IMG/VR virus record: IMGVR_UViG_3300027365_000008
DNA: 64,000 nt
Direction: 5' to 3' (one strand)
Source of the DNA: a virus
Taxonomy: Duplodnaviria; Heunggongvirae; Uroviricota; Caudoviricetes
The notes below the pieces were generated by a model. That model was not told the origin of the DNA, made no database searches, and worked only from the letters and a program-made list of their open reading frames with translations. This document shows, in pieces, positions 19,800 to 28,710 of this stretch (the stretch's first letter is position 1; every line of letters starts with the position of its first letter). The position numbers and the translations under genes were made by a program.

Positions 19800-21746
19800 A
19801 TGATGAGTTCATACGATCTTCAATACCAAGCGGCACTCAATCGTATTCTTCAATATGGATACGATTCTGATGACAGAACCGGTGTCGGAACCCGAAAGAT
19901 GTTCGATGTCAACTTCAATGATGATCTGCGTCATGAAGTGGCTGACGAATATAAACTACCGGCACTAACCATTCGCAAGGTCTTCCCCCGCACGGCATTC
20001 TATGAACTGATGTGGATGCTCAACGGGATTACCAACGTCGATTGGCTATATGAACGAAACATCAACATCTGGAATGGAAACAGCACTCGGGAGTTCCTTG
20101 ATTCTCGTGGTCTGTATCATATCCGTGAAGGGCATATCGGTCGCGGCTATGGCTATCAGATTCGCAACTTCAATGGGGTCGATCAACTCGAAGAACTGTT
20201 CAAGGGACTGTATTACAATCCTAACGGTAGGCGACATCTAATCTCATTCTGGAATCCCGGCGATCTGAAAGAGATGGCTCTGCCTCCATGTTTCGTTGCG
20301 GGAACACAGGTTGCTCTCGCTACAGGGGAATATAAGGCCATCGATTCGATTTCGGTAGGTGATTCGGTCTTAACATCATCCGGCGAATATCATCAGGTCT
20401 ACAATGTGATGAAAACCCCTTATGACGGGGATTTTGTAACTATCAAAGCTACGGGAATTCCAAACACGACATGTACTCCAAACCATCTCTTTCTGGTCAA
20501 GGACAAAGGATATGTTAAGGCTTCTTCCATCAACGTAGGTGACTTTGTGCTTGTTAGAGGGGCAAGCGAACACGAAAATATTCCTTCTTTCGAAATCAAG
20601 AAACATTCTAAAGCGTGGGGGGTAGAATCAGAACGAACGGAAGAAATATTTAGATTGGATTCCGAAGAGAAATGGTTTATGCTTGGGTACTTCGTAGGTA
20701 ATGGGTATGTGACATCTAATCGAGAGGGAGCAAAGCCAGACCGAGGAACGATATCAATACCTCTACATAAAGAAAATGATATAATCAATAGGTTTGGTGG
20801 TGTTATTAATCTCTATGTCAAGAATAGAACACAATCCATGGTGGCTATGGAATTCAGTTCTCGTAGATGGTCGACTGTCTTTAGAGAATTCGGGAGCAAA
20901 GCGCATGGGAAATTCATCCCTACGTGGGTTGAAGAATCTCCTAAGTGGGCAATTGAATCTTTCCTTGAAGGATATATCGCAGCAGATGGATGCATACTAG
21001 GAAATTCGTATTCGATAACGACGGTATCGCCATCATTGGCATACGGGGTTCAACGGTTATTCACTAAAATGGGTAAATCGGCTCGGGTCAGTAAACAAGT
21101 TCGACCAAAGACTACGATCATAGAGGGCAGAATTGTCAACCAAAGAGACACGTATACAATATCCGTAAGGATTGATGAGACAAAACGAAGATCATTCAAT
21201 TTCATCCATAATGAGAGTGGGATGTGGTGTAAGGTGGCTAAAGTTACCCACGAGAAGTCGAATGAACACGATGGGTTTGTGTATAACCTTAGCGTAGATA
21301 CTGATCACACGTACACTGCGAACAACATAGTCAATCATAATTGCCATTTATTGTACAATTTCGTTGTGACCGGGGAATATCTCAATCTGAAGTTCTATCA
21401 GCGCAGTGCCGATATGATCCTCGGGGTTCCGACAAACATCTGTTTTGCGACATTCTTCCTGACACTGGTCGCCAAATCACTTGGTTTCAAGGTCGGCGAA
21501 GTGGCCCATTCGATTGGGGATGCTCATATCTATTCCAATCATATTGAAGTCGCCGAAGAACTCGTTAATCGAGATGCCTTCGATCAACCCGTCTTCTCGA
21601 TGTGGGTTCCCAAATACGATCCGACGCAGGGAATCGAAAGCGTGCTGGCTCCTTATCGTGATGAAAACGCATGGGAAACGTATGTCCACCTGACCTACAA
21701 ATCTCATCCGCCCATTGACAAGTCACGGCTGACCATGGCAGTATAA
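19800..21746 (+). CDS. thyA: thymidylate synthase ThyA interrupted by an in-frame intein
   Basis: ThyA motifs (GYQIRNF, ALPP-C-H..YNFVV, DAHIY); a 351-aa insertion begins directly after ALPP and ends VNHN before the catalytic Cys. Confidence 0.85.
   Translation: MMSSYDLQYQAALNRILQYGYDSDDRTGVGTRKMFDVNFNDDLRHEVADEYKLPALTIRKVFPRTAFYELMWMLNGITNVDWLYERNINIWNGNSTREFLDSRGLYHIREGHIGRGYGYQIRNFNGVDQLEELFKGLYYNPNGRRHLISFWNPGDLKEMALPPCFVAGTQVALATGEYKAIDSISVGDSVLTSSGEYHQVYNVMKTPYDGDFVTIKATGIPNTTCTPNHLFLVKDKGYVKASSINVGDFVLVRGASEHENIPSFEIKKHSKAWGVESERTEEIFRLDSEEKWFMLGYFVGNGYVTSNREGAKPDRGTISIPLHKENDIINRFGGVINLYVKNRTQSMVAMEFSSRRWSTVFREFGSKAHGKFIPTWVEESPKWAIESFLEGYIAADGCILGNSYSITTVSPSLAYGVQRLFTKMGKSARVSKQVRPKTTIIEGRIVNQRDTYTISVRIDETKRRSFNFIHNESGMWCKVAKVTHEKSNEHDGFVYNLSVDTDHTYTANNIVNHNCHLLYNFVVTGEYLNLKFYQRSADMILGVPTNICFATFFLTLVAKSLGFKVGEVAHSIGDAHIYSNHIEVAEELVNRDAFDQPVFSMWVPKYDPTQGIESVLAPYRDENAWETYVHLTYKSHPPIDKSRLTMAV
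20289..21341 (+). other. intein with a LAGLIDADG homing endonuclease domain inside thyA
   Basis: Block A CFVAGTQVAL; two LAGLIDADG-like motifs (LGYFVGNGYV, LEGYIAADGC); C-terminal IVNHN followed by +1 Cys, which is the ThyA catalytic cysteine. Confidence 0.75.
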
Positions 21747-21754
21747 CCATTAGA

Positions 21755-21778
21755 GGGGAACGATACGTTCCCCTTTTC
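21755..21778 (+). terminator. rho-independent terminator
   Basis: ggggaac-gatac-gttcccc followed by tttt. Confidence 0.65.
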
Positions 21779-21797
21779 CATAAAGGAGAACTAGAAA

Positions 21798-22010
21798 GTG
21801 ATCACCAAATCCAAACTGAAAGAAATCCTCTTAGAGCCTCTGGTTCTGTTCACCCTCATTGCACTGCCACTTGCTTATACAATCGGTGCGTTCACGAGTC
21901 TAAGTCTGAATCCTTTCGAGTGGGGAGGAATGACTCGATTCTTCCTTTCCCTTTTCATCATTTACAGCGTCATCATGGGTGGCGTCTTCTCTCACTTCAA
22001 ACGGTTCTGA
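21798..22010 (+). CDS. small membrane protein
   Basis: Two hydrophobic helices; GTG or ATG start. Confidence 0.4.
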   Translation: MITKSKLKEILLEPLVLFTLIALPLAYTIGAFTSLSLNPFEWGGMTRFFLSLFIIYSVIMGGVFSHFKRF

Positions 22011-22011
22011 T

Positions 22012-22563
22012 ATGAATACACTGATTCTCGATGTCGATGGTGTGCTGTTAGATTACGAAAAAGCGTTCAATCGTTTCTTTGGACTGGGCATGGAATTTTG
22101 GGAGATGAAGCGCAATGAAAGCGAAGTCGCTATCCCCATGTACCACTATTTCAACGACTCCGATGCCTTCGGTCTTATTGGTCCTGTGACTGGGGCGAGA
22201 GAGGGCGTACAGCTTGCCAGACGGCTTTTCGATAACGTAGTGGCAGTCACGGCTTGCGGTGATTCAGAAGTCACCAGAGAGCGTCGTGTGGCGAATTTGA
22301 ACCGGGTCTTTGGTGAATGGGCATTCGATGAAATCCATGTCCTTCCCGTGGCCTCATCCAAATACGAAGTCTTTGAGGAATATCAAGGTGGACCCGTGAT
22401 GCTCGTGGACGATTCGGCCCGTCACATCAAAACAGGAATGGAAAACGACTGGCACTGTGTCTATTTCGACACCAAGTACAATAGTGATCCCCATCCCGAT
22501 TTCATTGCTGCCAATGGCTGGGGTCTTGTTCAATTGCAATTCAAGGAGTTTCTAAATGCCTAA
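22012..22563 (+). CDS. HAD-superfamily 5'(3')-deoxyribonucleotidase-like protein
   Basis: Motif I LILDVDGVLLDY (DxDGV); size and position within a nucleotide-metabolism cluster. Confidence 0.55.
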   Translation: MNTLILDVDGVLLDYEKAFNRFFGLGMEFWEMKRNESEVAIPMYHYFNDSDAFGLIGPVTGAREGVQLARRLFDNVVAVTACGDSEVTRERRVANLNRVFGEWAFDEIHVLPVASSKYEVFEEYQGGPVMLVDDSARHIKTGMENDWHCVYFDTKYNSDPHPDFIAANGWGLVQLQFKEFLNA

Positions 22564-23143
22564 CCTAATGGATGCGATTAAAGCGACTCACAACGCCAAA
22601 GACCTCGTGGTGTCTGACGAATGTCCTCTTATCACCAAGCGGTTCGAGGGTTGTGTCCTCGAAGCCTATCAGGATACTGGTGGGGTATGGACAATCGGCT
22701 ATGGTCACACCGGATCAGATGTCACACCGGGTATGGTGATCGACATGGATACGGCGTTGCAGCTTCTCAAGCAAGACCTCAATGAACATGCGGATTATGT
22801 TCGAGAAGCGGTTTCTGTTCCTATTACCCAATACCAGTTCGATGCGCTGGCAGATTGGACCTTCAATCTGGGCGGTCATGCCCTGATGGAGTCTACTCTA
22901 CTGTCAAAAGTTAATGCATCGGCATCTGATGATGAAATCGCTTATGAGTTCATGCGCTGGGTCTATGATAATGGTCAATGGCTTCATGGCCTCACCAAAC
23001 GTCGTCAGGCAGAAGCATTACTGTTTTGTGGTATGGATTCATTAGACTTCGGTGAGTGGAAGTCTTACAATAAACGTCGATACAAGAAGTGGCTCAACAC
23101 GGTTGATTTCAAAGCAGTAGAACTGGAAAGATACGGACACTAA
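22556..23143 (+). CDS. GH24 phage lysozyme (T4 e / lambda R family)
   Basis: FEGCVLEAYQDTGGVWTIGYGHT, the catalytic E..D..T signature of GH24 lysozymes. Confidence 0.75.
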   Translation: MPNLMDAIKATHNAKDLVVSDECPLITKRFEGCVLEAYQDTGGVWTIGYGHTGSDVTPGMVIDMDTALQLLKQDLNEHADYVREAVSVPITQYQFDALADWTFNLGGHALMESTLLSKVNASASDDEIAYEFMRWVYDNGQWLHGLTKRRQAEALLFCGMDSLDFGEWKSYNKRRYKKWLNTVDFKAVELERYGH

Positions 23144-23156
23144 AGGAGAATAGAAT

Positions 23157-24224
23157 ATGCGAGAACTGGCAACGATTCGTCGGGTTGACGAAGTGACTCC
23201 CATTGAAGGCGCTGATGCCATTGAATGTGTCAAGGTGGGTGGTTGGCGTGTGGTAGCAAAGAAGAATGAAATGAAGGAAGATGATCTGATTGTCTTCTTC
23301 GAGATCGATAGCTTCCTTCCATCTTCCGATGAACGGTTCGCTTTTCTGATGCAACGCGGAACGAAGACTCTGAATGGTGTCGAAGGCTTCCGTTTGCGCA
23401 CGGTGAAACTTCGTGGGCAGGTATCCCAAGGGCTGGCTCTTCCCCTGTCCCTCTTCCCTGAACTCGAAGGGGTAGAAGAGGATACCGATGTATCAGAAAC
23501 GCTCAATATCATCAAATATGAGCGTCCTGAGCCTCTACGTGGTAAGAAGCCATCACATACCAAAGGTGACTTCCCGTGGTTCATTAGTAAAACCGATGAG
23601 CCGCGTATCCAAAACGTCAAACCGATAACAATTCAGCAACATCGTGATACGCTGTTTGTCCCTACGCTGAAACTGGATGGCAGTTCAACGACCGTGTATT
23701 ACGTCAAGGACGAGCGATACTTCATCAAACCCGAGGAAGGCGAAACCGAACAGGTAGGAATCTGTTCTCGAAATCTGCTTCTTGATCCTAATAAAGACCC
23801 GGATAACCATTTCGTTCGTGGCGCTATCGCCAGTGATCTATTCGAAATCGTGGCGCAGATTGGTCGTGATCTGGATTGGAACCTTGCGCTACAAGCGGAA
23901 ACCATCGGTGAAGGTATCGTTAGGTCTTGGGAACAGATTGAAGGCCCAGTATCGTTGGTGTTCTCCATCTATGACATCGACCGTGCTGAGTATCTGCCTG
24001 CCGGGCGTCTCATGGAACTGATCAAGACCTATGACATTCCTAGTACGATGTTTTACGATCCTATCTATGCATTCAGGGATTACACCCAAGACGAACTGAT
24101 TGCAATGGCTGACGGACCAAGCCTGAAGAATCCTATTCGTGAAGGGCTGGTATTCAAGGCGATGGATGGATCGTATTCCTTCAAGTCCATCAGTAACAAA
24201 TTCCTTTTGAAAGGCGGCGAATGA
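23157..24224 (+). CDS. ATP-dependent nick-sealing RNA ligase of the DraRnl/NgrRnl (Rnl5) type
   Basis: Nucleotidyltransferase motif I TLKLDGSS (KxDG) about residue 170 with a distinctive N-terminal domain (IEGADAIECVKVGGWRVVAKK.E.KEDDLIVFFEIDSFLP); 355 aa. Confidence 0.55.
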   Translation: MRELATIRRVDEVTPIEGADAIECVKVGGWRVVAKKNEMKEDDLIVFFEIDSFLPSSDERFAFLMQRGTKTLNGVEGFRLRTVKLRGQVSQGLALPLSLFPELEGVEEDTDVSETLNIIKYERPEPLRGKKPSHTKGDFPWFISKTDEPRIQNVKPITIQQHRDTLFVPTLKLDGSSTTVYYVKDERYFIKPEEGETEQVGICSRNLLLDPNKDPDNHFVRGAIASDLFEIVAQIGRDLDWNLALQAETIGEGIVRSWEQIEGPVSLVFSIYDIDRAEYLPAGRLMELIKTYDIPSTMFYDPIYAFRDYTQDELIAMADGPSLKNPIREGLVFKAMDGSYSFKSISNKFLLKGGE

Positions 24225-24416
24225 ATGAATTACCTCAAACGAGGCTGGCAAGCGCATATCGATGTCGTGGTCACACTCATTGGCATCGCCTTGTACATCA
24301 TTGCCGCTATGACCGGGCTGGGTGACGGGGCTTATCTAATCTCGCTCGTCATGACACTCGCCGGGTCTTCTTGGACTTGGCTTGGACTTATCCAACGGTG
24401 GAAATATAATGACTGA
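24225..24416 (+). CDS. small membrane protein
   Basis: Two TM helices. Confidence 0.4.
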   Translation: MNYLKRGWQAHIDVVVTLIGIALYIIAAMTGLGDGAYLISLVMTLAGSSWTWLGLIQRWKYND

Positions 24417-24588
24417 CTACATCAAAGAAATCGGGCTGTTCTTGGTAACAGTCATGTCAATCGTAATCCTCTTCGGGGTGATTGGTTGGGGGCTGGTGTT
24501 TTTCGCTATCGCTATCGTCGGTCTGTTCCTGATTGGCGTTATCGTCGGGACTTACGAAACCATCAAAAACAAACTGAAAAGGAAGTAA
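24409..24588 (+). CDS. small membrane protein
   Basis: ATG overlaps the upstream stop (ATGACTGA); two TM helices. Confidence 0.4.
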   Translation: MTDYIKEIGLFLVTVMSIVILFGVIGWGLVFFAIAIVGLFLIGVIVGTYETIKNKLKRK

Positions 24589-24589
24589 T

Positions 24590-24832
24590 ATGTTTAAACG
24601 ATTCCATGAAATGTTGGTAAAGATTGTATTCTTGATCCCATTCACGATAACTTTCATTCTGATCTCCATCGGGGTGATCTCGGTGATGATCGGATACACT
24701 ATCCATCGGGCAATCGCCAAACTTCACAATTGGTTTCTGCCCAAGGATTCAAAATGGAAGCGTGTTGAAATGCCAGAATTGACTAAGGTAGTCAAATCCG
24801 CAATCAAAGAGCATAAGGAGGAATCAGAATGA
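24590..24832 (+). CDS. small membrane protein
   Basis: Two hydrophobic helices. Confidence 0.4.
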   Translation: MFKRFHEMLVKIVFLIPFTITFILISIGVISVMIGYTIHRAIAKLHNWFLPKDSKWKRVEMPELTKVVKSAIKEHKEESE

Positions 24833-24933
24833 GCGGCTTGGATTGGATTTTGGTTGCGTGTGGTGTCGGGCTTGTGGTTGCGGGTCAGCCGATTCTCGGT
24901 ATGATGTTCATTCTTCTTGCGGCGGTATTTTGA
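24829..24933 (+). CDS. 34-aa membrane peptide
   Basis: ATGA overlap with the upstream stop; a single TM helix; not in the supplied ORF track. Confidence 0.3.
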   Translation: MSGLDWILVACGVGLVVAGQPILGMMFILLAAVF

Positions 24934-24942
24934 GGGGTTAGT

Positions 24943-25218
24943 ATGGCTATAAAATTCAAAACTAAACGACCGATTTTTCATGTGTCACATTGTTCTCTTC
25001 CGTGTATTATCGAATACGGGAGGGGCGTCTATCTCGTCAATTTTCATCCGAAGGATAGTCACCGTGTCGTGATGATGAAGATTCATGATCTGACGGGTGG
25101 AAGTAATTGTATCGATGAACATAGTGCGGTGATAATCTTGCCATTAACATCACTCAATGGCTTTCCTTATCATGTCGGACCAATTCAATTGGAAAACGAT
25201 GGTATTGAAGATTGCTAG
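24943..25218 (+). CDS. hypothetical protein
   Basis: ORF. Confidence 0.4.
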   Translation: MAIKFKTKRPIFHVSHCSLPCIIEYGRGVYLVNFHPKDSHRVVMMKIHDLTGGSNCIDEHSAVIILPLTSLNGFPYHVGPIQLENDGIEDC

Positions 25219-25227
25219 AAGAATGGT

Positions 25228-25256
25228 TTGACTCCACTCCCATACCATAGTAGAAT
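25228..25256 (+). promoter_or_regulatory. sigma70-like promoter upstream of nrdA
   Basis: TTGACT, a 17-nt spacer, then TAGAAT. Confidence 0.5.
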
Positions 25257-25273
25257 CATCTGGATAGACCGCT

Positions 25274-25305
25274 CGGGGAAGATAAATAGACTTCCCCCTT
25301 TTTTA
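25274..25305 (+). promoter_or_regulatory. hairpin plus U-tract in the nrdA leader (terminator of the upstream gene and/or an attenuator)
   Basis: ggggaag..cttcccc stem followed by cttttttat, 25 nt before the nrdA ATG. Confidence 0.45.
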
Positions 25306-25329
25306 TGACACACAAGGAGAAAGGCATAT

Positions 25330-28300
25330 ATGTCAACGATTATGGTTACCAAGCGTGATGGAAGCGTGGAAGACTTCAAGGTTGAGAAGGTTCGCAAATG
25401 CATCAACTGGGCATGTGAAGGTCTTCAAGTCAATCCTCTCGCATTGGAATCCCGTTTCAATGAATATCTCCAAACCGAAGTAACCACCAAAGTCATTCAA
25501 GACAGCCTCGTGTTCTGTGCGCGTTCCCTAGCCACGGCGGCTGATTCGGATTTCGTGTTCGTCGCGGGTCGCCTGATGACCATGAACATCTGGAAAGAGA
25601 CGGGCATCTATGAGAAGCCCTTCTATGACGTGCTGACCGATGGCGTGGTTCCCTATGCTATCGATAACACAATTCTTTCGAAATACACCAAAGCCGAGAT
25701 CGAGGAACTGGGTTCCTATATGGTTCAGGAACGTGATCTGAATCATAGCTTTGGTAGCGTTCTGACGGCGATCAACAAGTACCTGCTTCCTAATGAAGCC
25801 ATCCAGCCGATGATCATGGCATCCTCGATGATCATTGCCAGTGTGGAGGATCAGGAGATTCGTGTTGCGAAGGCCAAAGAGTTCTATGATTCTTTGTCAA
25901 ATCGTGAACTTTCTTTGGCAACTCCGTGGTGGGGTAACCTGCGCAGCGATGGCAATATCAGTTCGTGTTTCATCATCAAGCCGAGTGATAGCCTCGAATC
26001 GATCTTCGCTAATGTGACTCGTGCCGCAATGACTTCCAAGGCGGGTGGTGGCCTTGGCGTGTCTATGGCAGCTATTCGTGCCCAAGGCTCTCCGGTCGGT
26101 GGGCGTCCCAACTCGTCCAAAGGCGTATTCAATTGGACGAAGATTTTCAATGATGTTGCGATTGCGGTTGACCAGTGTTTTCATCCTGATACACTAGTCA
26201 CCACTCAGAATGGATTCAAGGCAATCAAAGACATTATTCCCCGCGAGGATCGTGTTCTCACCGACAACGGGAAGTTTAACCGGGTAGAAGAAAAGATCAT
26301 GTATGAGCAAAGCGAGCCGATGTATCGTGTTCGCACAGCACATGATCTTGTCGATACCTTTGTAACCGGGGAACATCCCGTTAAGGCTCTTACCAATCTG
26401 GATACCCTTGAACATGGTTACTTGGATGTGAAGGACTTGGAGATTGGTGATTATCTGGGTCAGAAGATTCCGTCTTATACGATTGAATCGGAGTTGACCC
26501 ATGAAGAACTGTACGCTTATGGTACGTCGCTCATGCTTCCGGGGGCAAATCACATCGATTCTCGATTCCTCCATATTGAACCTGAGAAACAGATGTCGAT
26601 TATCTTTGGTATGATCGATGCCAAAGGATCGGCTGACAATGCAAATGAACTGATCATCGAATCTGCGAATCTGGCTCATGAGATTCGATATCTGCTTCTC
26701 CGTAATGGAATCCCAGTAAAATCAGAATACGTCGGGGGATCATTCAAACTCACTATCCAAGCCACTGGCAAGCTGGCTCTTATGCTTGGTGTCAACGATG
26801 TCGAAGAGGTTGACTGGATCGTTTCGGATGGGTATATTTTCAGCCCCATCACTGAGTTTGAGGACGGGATTGAATACAATTCAGAAGTTTACGATCTGCG
26901 TGTGCAGAGTATTCCGTCTTATCAAACACATGCGTTCATGGCTCACAACGGCGGCAAGCGGGCAGGAGCCATTACCGTCGAACTCCCGATCTGGCACCGT
27001 GACATCGAAGGGTTCCTTGAGATTCAACATGAAACCGGCGATCTGCGCACCAAGTGCTTTGACATCTTTCCGCAAGTCGGGATGCATGATCTGTTCATGA
27101 AAATGGATGCGGCTGATGGTGAAAACGATTGGCATACATTCTGTCCGTATGAAGTGAAACAGGTTCTCGATATCCAACTGGATGAAGTTTACGGCAAGGA
27201 GTTCGAAAAGGCGTACAAGAAGTGTGTCAAAGCCTATGAGAAGGGTGATCTGAAGAACGTCGCCGTGTACAAGACACGTAACCTGATCAAGTCGATGATG
27301 CGTACCCAGTTCGAATCTGGTCTTCCGTATGTGGCCTATCTGGACACCATCAATGATGACAACCCGAATGACCATGAAGGCACGATTCCTTCCGTCAACC
27401 TTTGTGTCGCTCCCGAGACTTTGGTGCTGACTGACAAGGGCAATCTTCCTATCGTAACACTGAAAGATCAGTGGGTTAACGTCTGGAATGGACACGAGTT
27501 TAGCGAGGTCTTGGTTGAAAAGACGGCGGACCATGCTCATCTGCTGCATGTAGAAACGGAAGGCGGTCGTTCACTGGATGCGACGGACTATCACAAATGG
27601 TATCGCGTCGTCGATGGTGAAATGGAAATGGTTCGGACCTTTGAACTGAAACCGGGCGATGAAGTTTGTGTAGTCGATAACTATCCCATTGATCGTATCA
27701 AGTCTATTGATGACCAATACCGGTGGTCTGATGTATACTGTTTCAATGAACCGAAACGGCATCTGGGCGTATTCAATGGCATTATCACCGGGCAATGCAA
27801 TGAGTCATTCAGTGTCGTCAAGCCGGATGTCTATGGTCACTCGTGCAATCTGATCTCTATCGTCGCCGGTCGAGTTAAGGATTACGAACATCTGGAATAT
27901 CTGGCAGGTCTTGCGACTCGAATGCTTGACAATGGGATCGAACTGACCAAAGACCCCATGGACATTGCCGGTGCCCATAATGAGCGTTACCGCACGATTG
28001 GTATTGGCATCCAAGGTCTTCACGATTGGCTTGCCAAGAATCGCAAGATGTACAACGATACTAAATTCATCGGTGAGTTTGCAGAGACGATTCAATTTGG
28101 TGCGGTGAAAGAGAGCATCAAACTAGCTAAAGAACGCGGCGCGTATCCGGCGTACTCGGGTTCTCGGTGGGATACCGGTAAGCAGATTGCCAAGTATCGC
28201 AAGCACAGTCGTCGTGGTCTTGACTGGAATTCTTTGCAAACTGGACTTGATCAATATGGCATCCGCAATAGCCAATTGACTTCTCCGGCACCGAACACAA

Positions 28301-28695
28301 CCACGTCCATTTTCATGGATGCAGGTCCGGGCGTGATGCCGTGCTATGGTGGGTTCTATCTCAAGGACAATACCAATGGGGAGTTCCCGGTTGCCGGTAT
28401 GTATCTGAAAGAGAATCCGTTGTGCTATGCCAAGAATGCGGCTCGCTATGATCATGAAACACTCGTCAATGCGGTTGCCGAAATCCAGAAGTTCACGGAT
28501 GCGGGCATTTCGAGCGAGTATATCTTTGACCACAACAAAGAGGGCTTCAGTGCGAAAGAACTGTATGATCTGATTCATCTGGCATGGCGTAAGAAGACCA
28601 AGGCGGTCTATTACATTCGTAACATCAAGAAAGGTTCTAACCTCGAAGAAGAGGTCGGCATGAGCCAAGCATCATGCGAAGGTTGCGCAAACTAA
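25330..28695 (+). CDS. nrdA: class Ia ribonucleotide reductase alpha subunit NrdA carrying two inteins
   Basis: ATP cone (VTKRDGSVEDF); SSCFII (Cys225 region); GGKRAGAITVELPIWH; NLC-N-E active-site loop; C-terminal CEGC. Two in-frame insertions carry intein blocks. Confidence 0.85.
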   Translation: MSTIMVTKRDGSVEDFKVEKVRKCINWACEGLQVNPLALESRFNEYLQTEVTTKVIQDSLVFCARSLATAADSDFVFVAGRLMTMNIWKETGIYEKPFYDVLTDGVVPYAIDNTILSKYTKAEIEELGSYMVQERDLNHSFGSVLTAINKYLLPNEAIQPMIMASSMIIASVEDQEIRVAKAKEFYDSLSNRELSLATPWWGNLRSDGNISSCFIIKPSDSLESIFANVTRAAMTSKAGGGLGVSMAAIRAQGSPVGGRPNSSKGVFNWTKIFNDVAIAVDQCFHPDTLVTTQNGFKAIKDIIPREDRVLTDNGKFNRVEEKIMYEQSEPMYRVRTAHDLVDTFVTGEHPVKALTNLDTLEHGYLDVKDLEIGDYLGQKIPSYTIESELTHEELYAYGTSLMLPGANHIDSRFLHIEPEKQMSIIFGMIDAKGSADNANELIIESANLAHEIRYLLLRNGIPVKSEYVGGSFKLTIQATGKLALMLGVNDVEEVDWIVSDGYIFSPITEFEDGIEYNSEVYDLRVQSIPSYQTHAFMAHNGGKRAGAITVELPIWHRDIEGFLEIQHETGDLRTKCFDIFPQVGMHDLFMKMDAADGENDWHTFCPYEVKQVLDIQLDEVYGKEFEKAYKKCVKAYEKGDLKNVAVYKTRNLIKSMMRTQFESGLPYVAYLDTINDDNPNDHEGTIPSVNLCVAPETLVLTDKGNLPIVTLKDQWVNVWNGHEFSEVLVEKTADHAHLLHVETEGGRSLDATDYHKWYRVVDGEMEMVRTFELKPGDEVCVVDNYPIDRIKSIDDQYRWSDVYCFNEPKRHLGVFNGIITGQCNESFSVVKPDVYGHSCNLISIVAGRVKDYEHLEYLAGLATRMLDNGIELTKDPMDIAGAHNERYRTIGIGIQGLHDWLAKNRKMYNDTKFIGEFAETIQFGAVKESIKLAKERGAYPAYSGSRWDTGKQIAKYRKHSRRGLDWNSLQTGLDQYGIRNSQLTSPAPNTTTSIFMDAGPGVMPCYGGFYLKDNTNGEFPVAGMYLKENPLCYAKNAARYDHETLVNAVAEIQKFTDAGISSEYIFDHNKEGFSAKELYDLIHLAWRKKTKAVYYIRNIKKGSNLEEEVGMSQASCEGCAN
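26176..26949 (+). other. intein 1 in nrdA (258 aa, LAGLIDADG-type) with a non-canonical +1 residue
   Basis: Block A CFHPDTLV; block B TGEHPVKALT; IIFGMIDAKGS LAGLIDADG-like; block G VYDLRVQ...HAFMAHN; the next extein residue is Gly, not Cys/Ser/Thr. Confidence 0.65.
27403..27795 (+). other. intein 2 in nrdA (131-aa mini-intein) ending in Gln
   Basis: Inserted at NL|C-N-E; block A CVAPETLVLT; block G VYCFNEPKRHLGVFNGIITGQ followed by +1 Cys (the active-site Cys439 equivalent). Confidence 0.65.
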
Positions 28696-28710
28696 GGAGA
28701 ATTTGTTTTA

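Noticed and set aside
25528-28668. Numerous minus-strand ORFs inside nrdA (for example 26194-26679, 26881-27549, 28123-28668)
   Set aside because: The + frame carries a continuous RNR and intein motif set. The antisense ORFs are by-products of codon bias.
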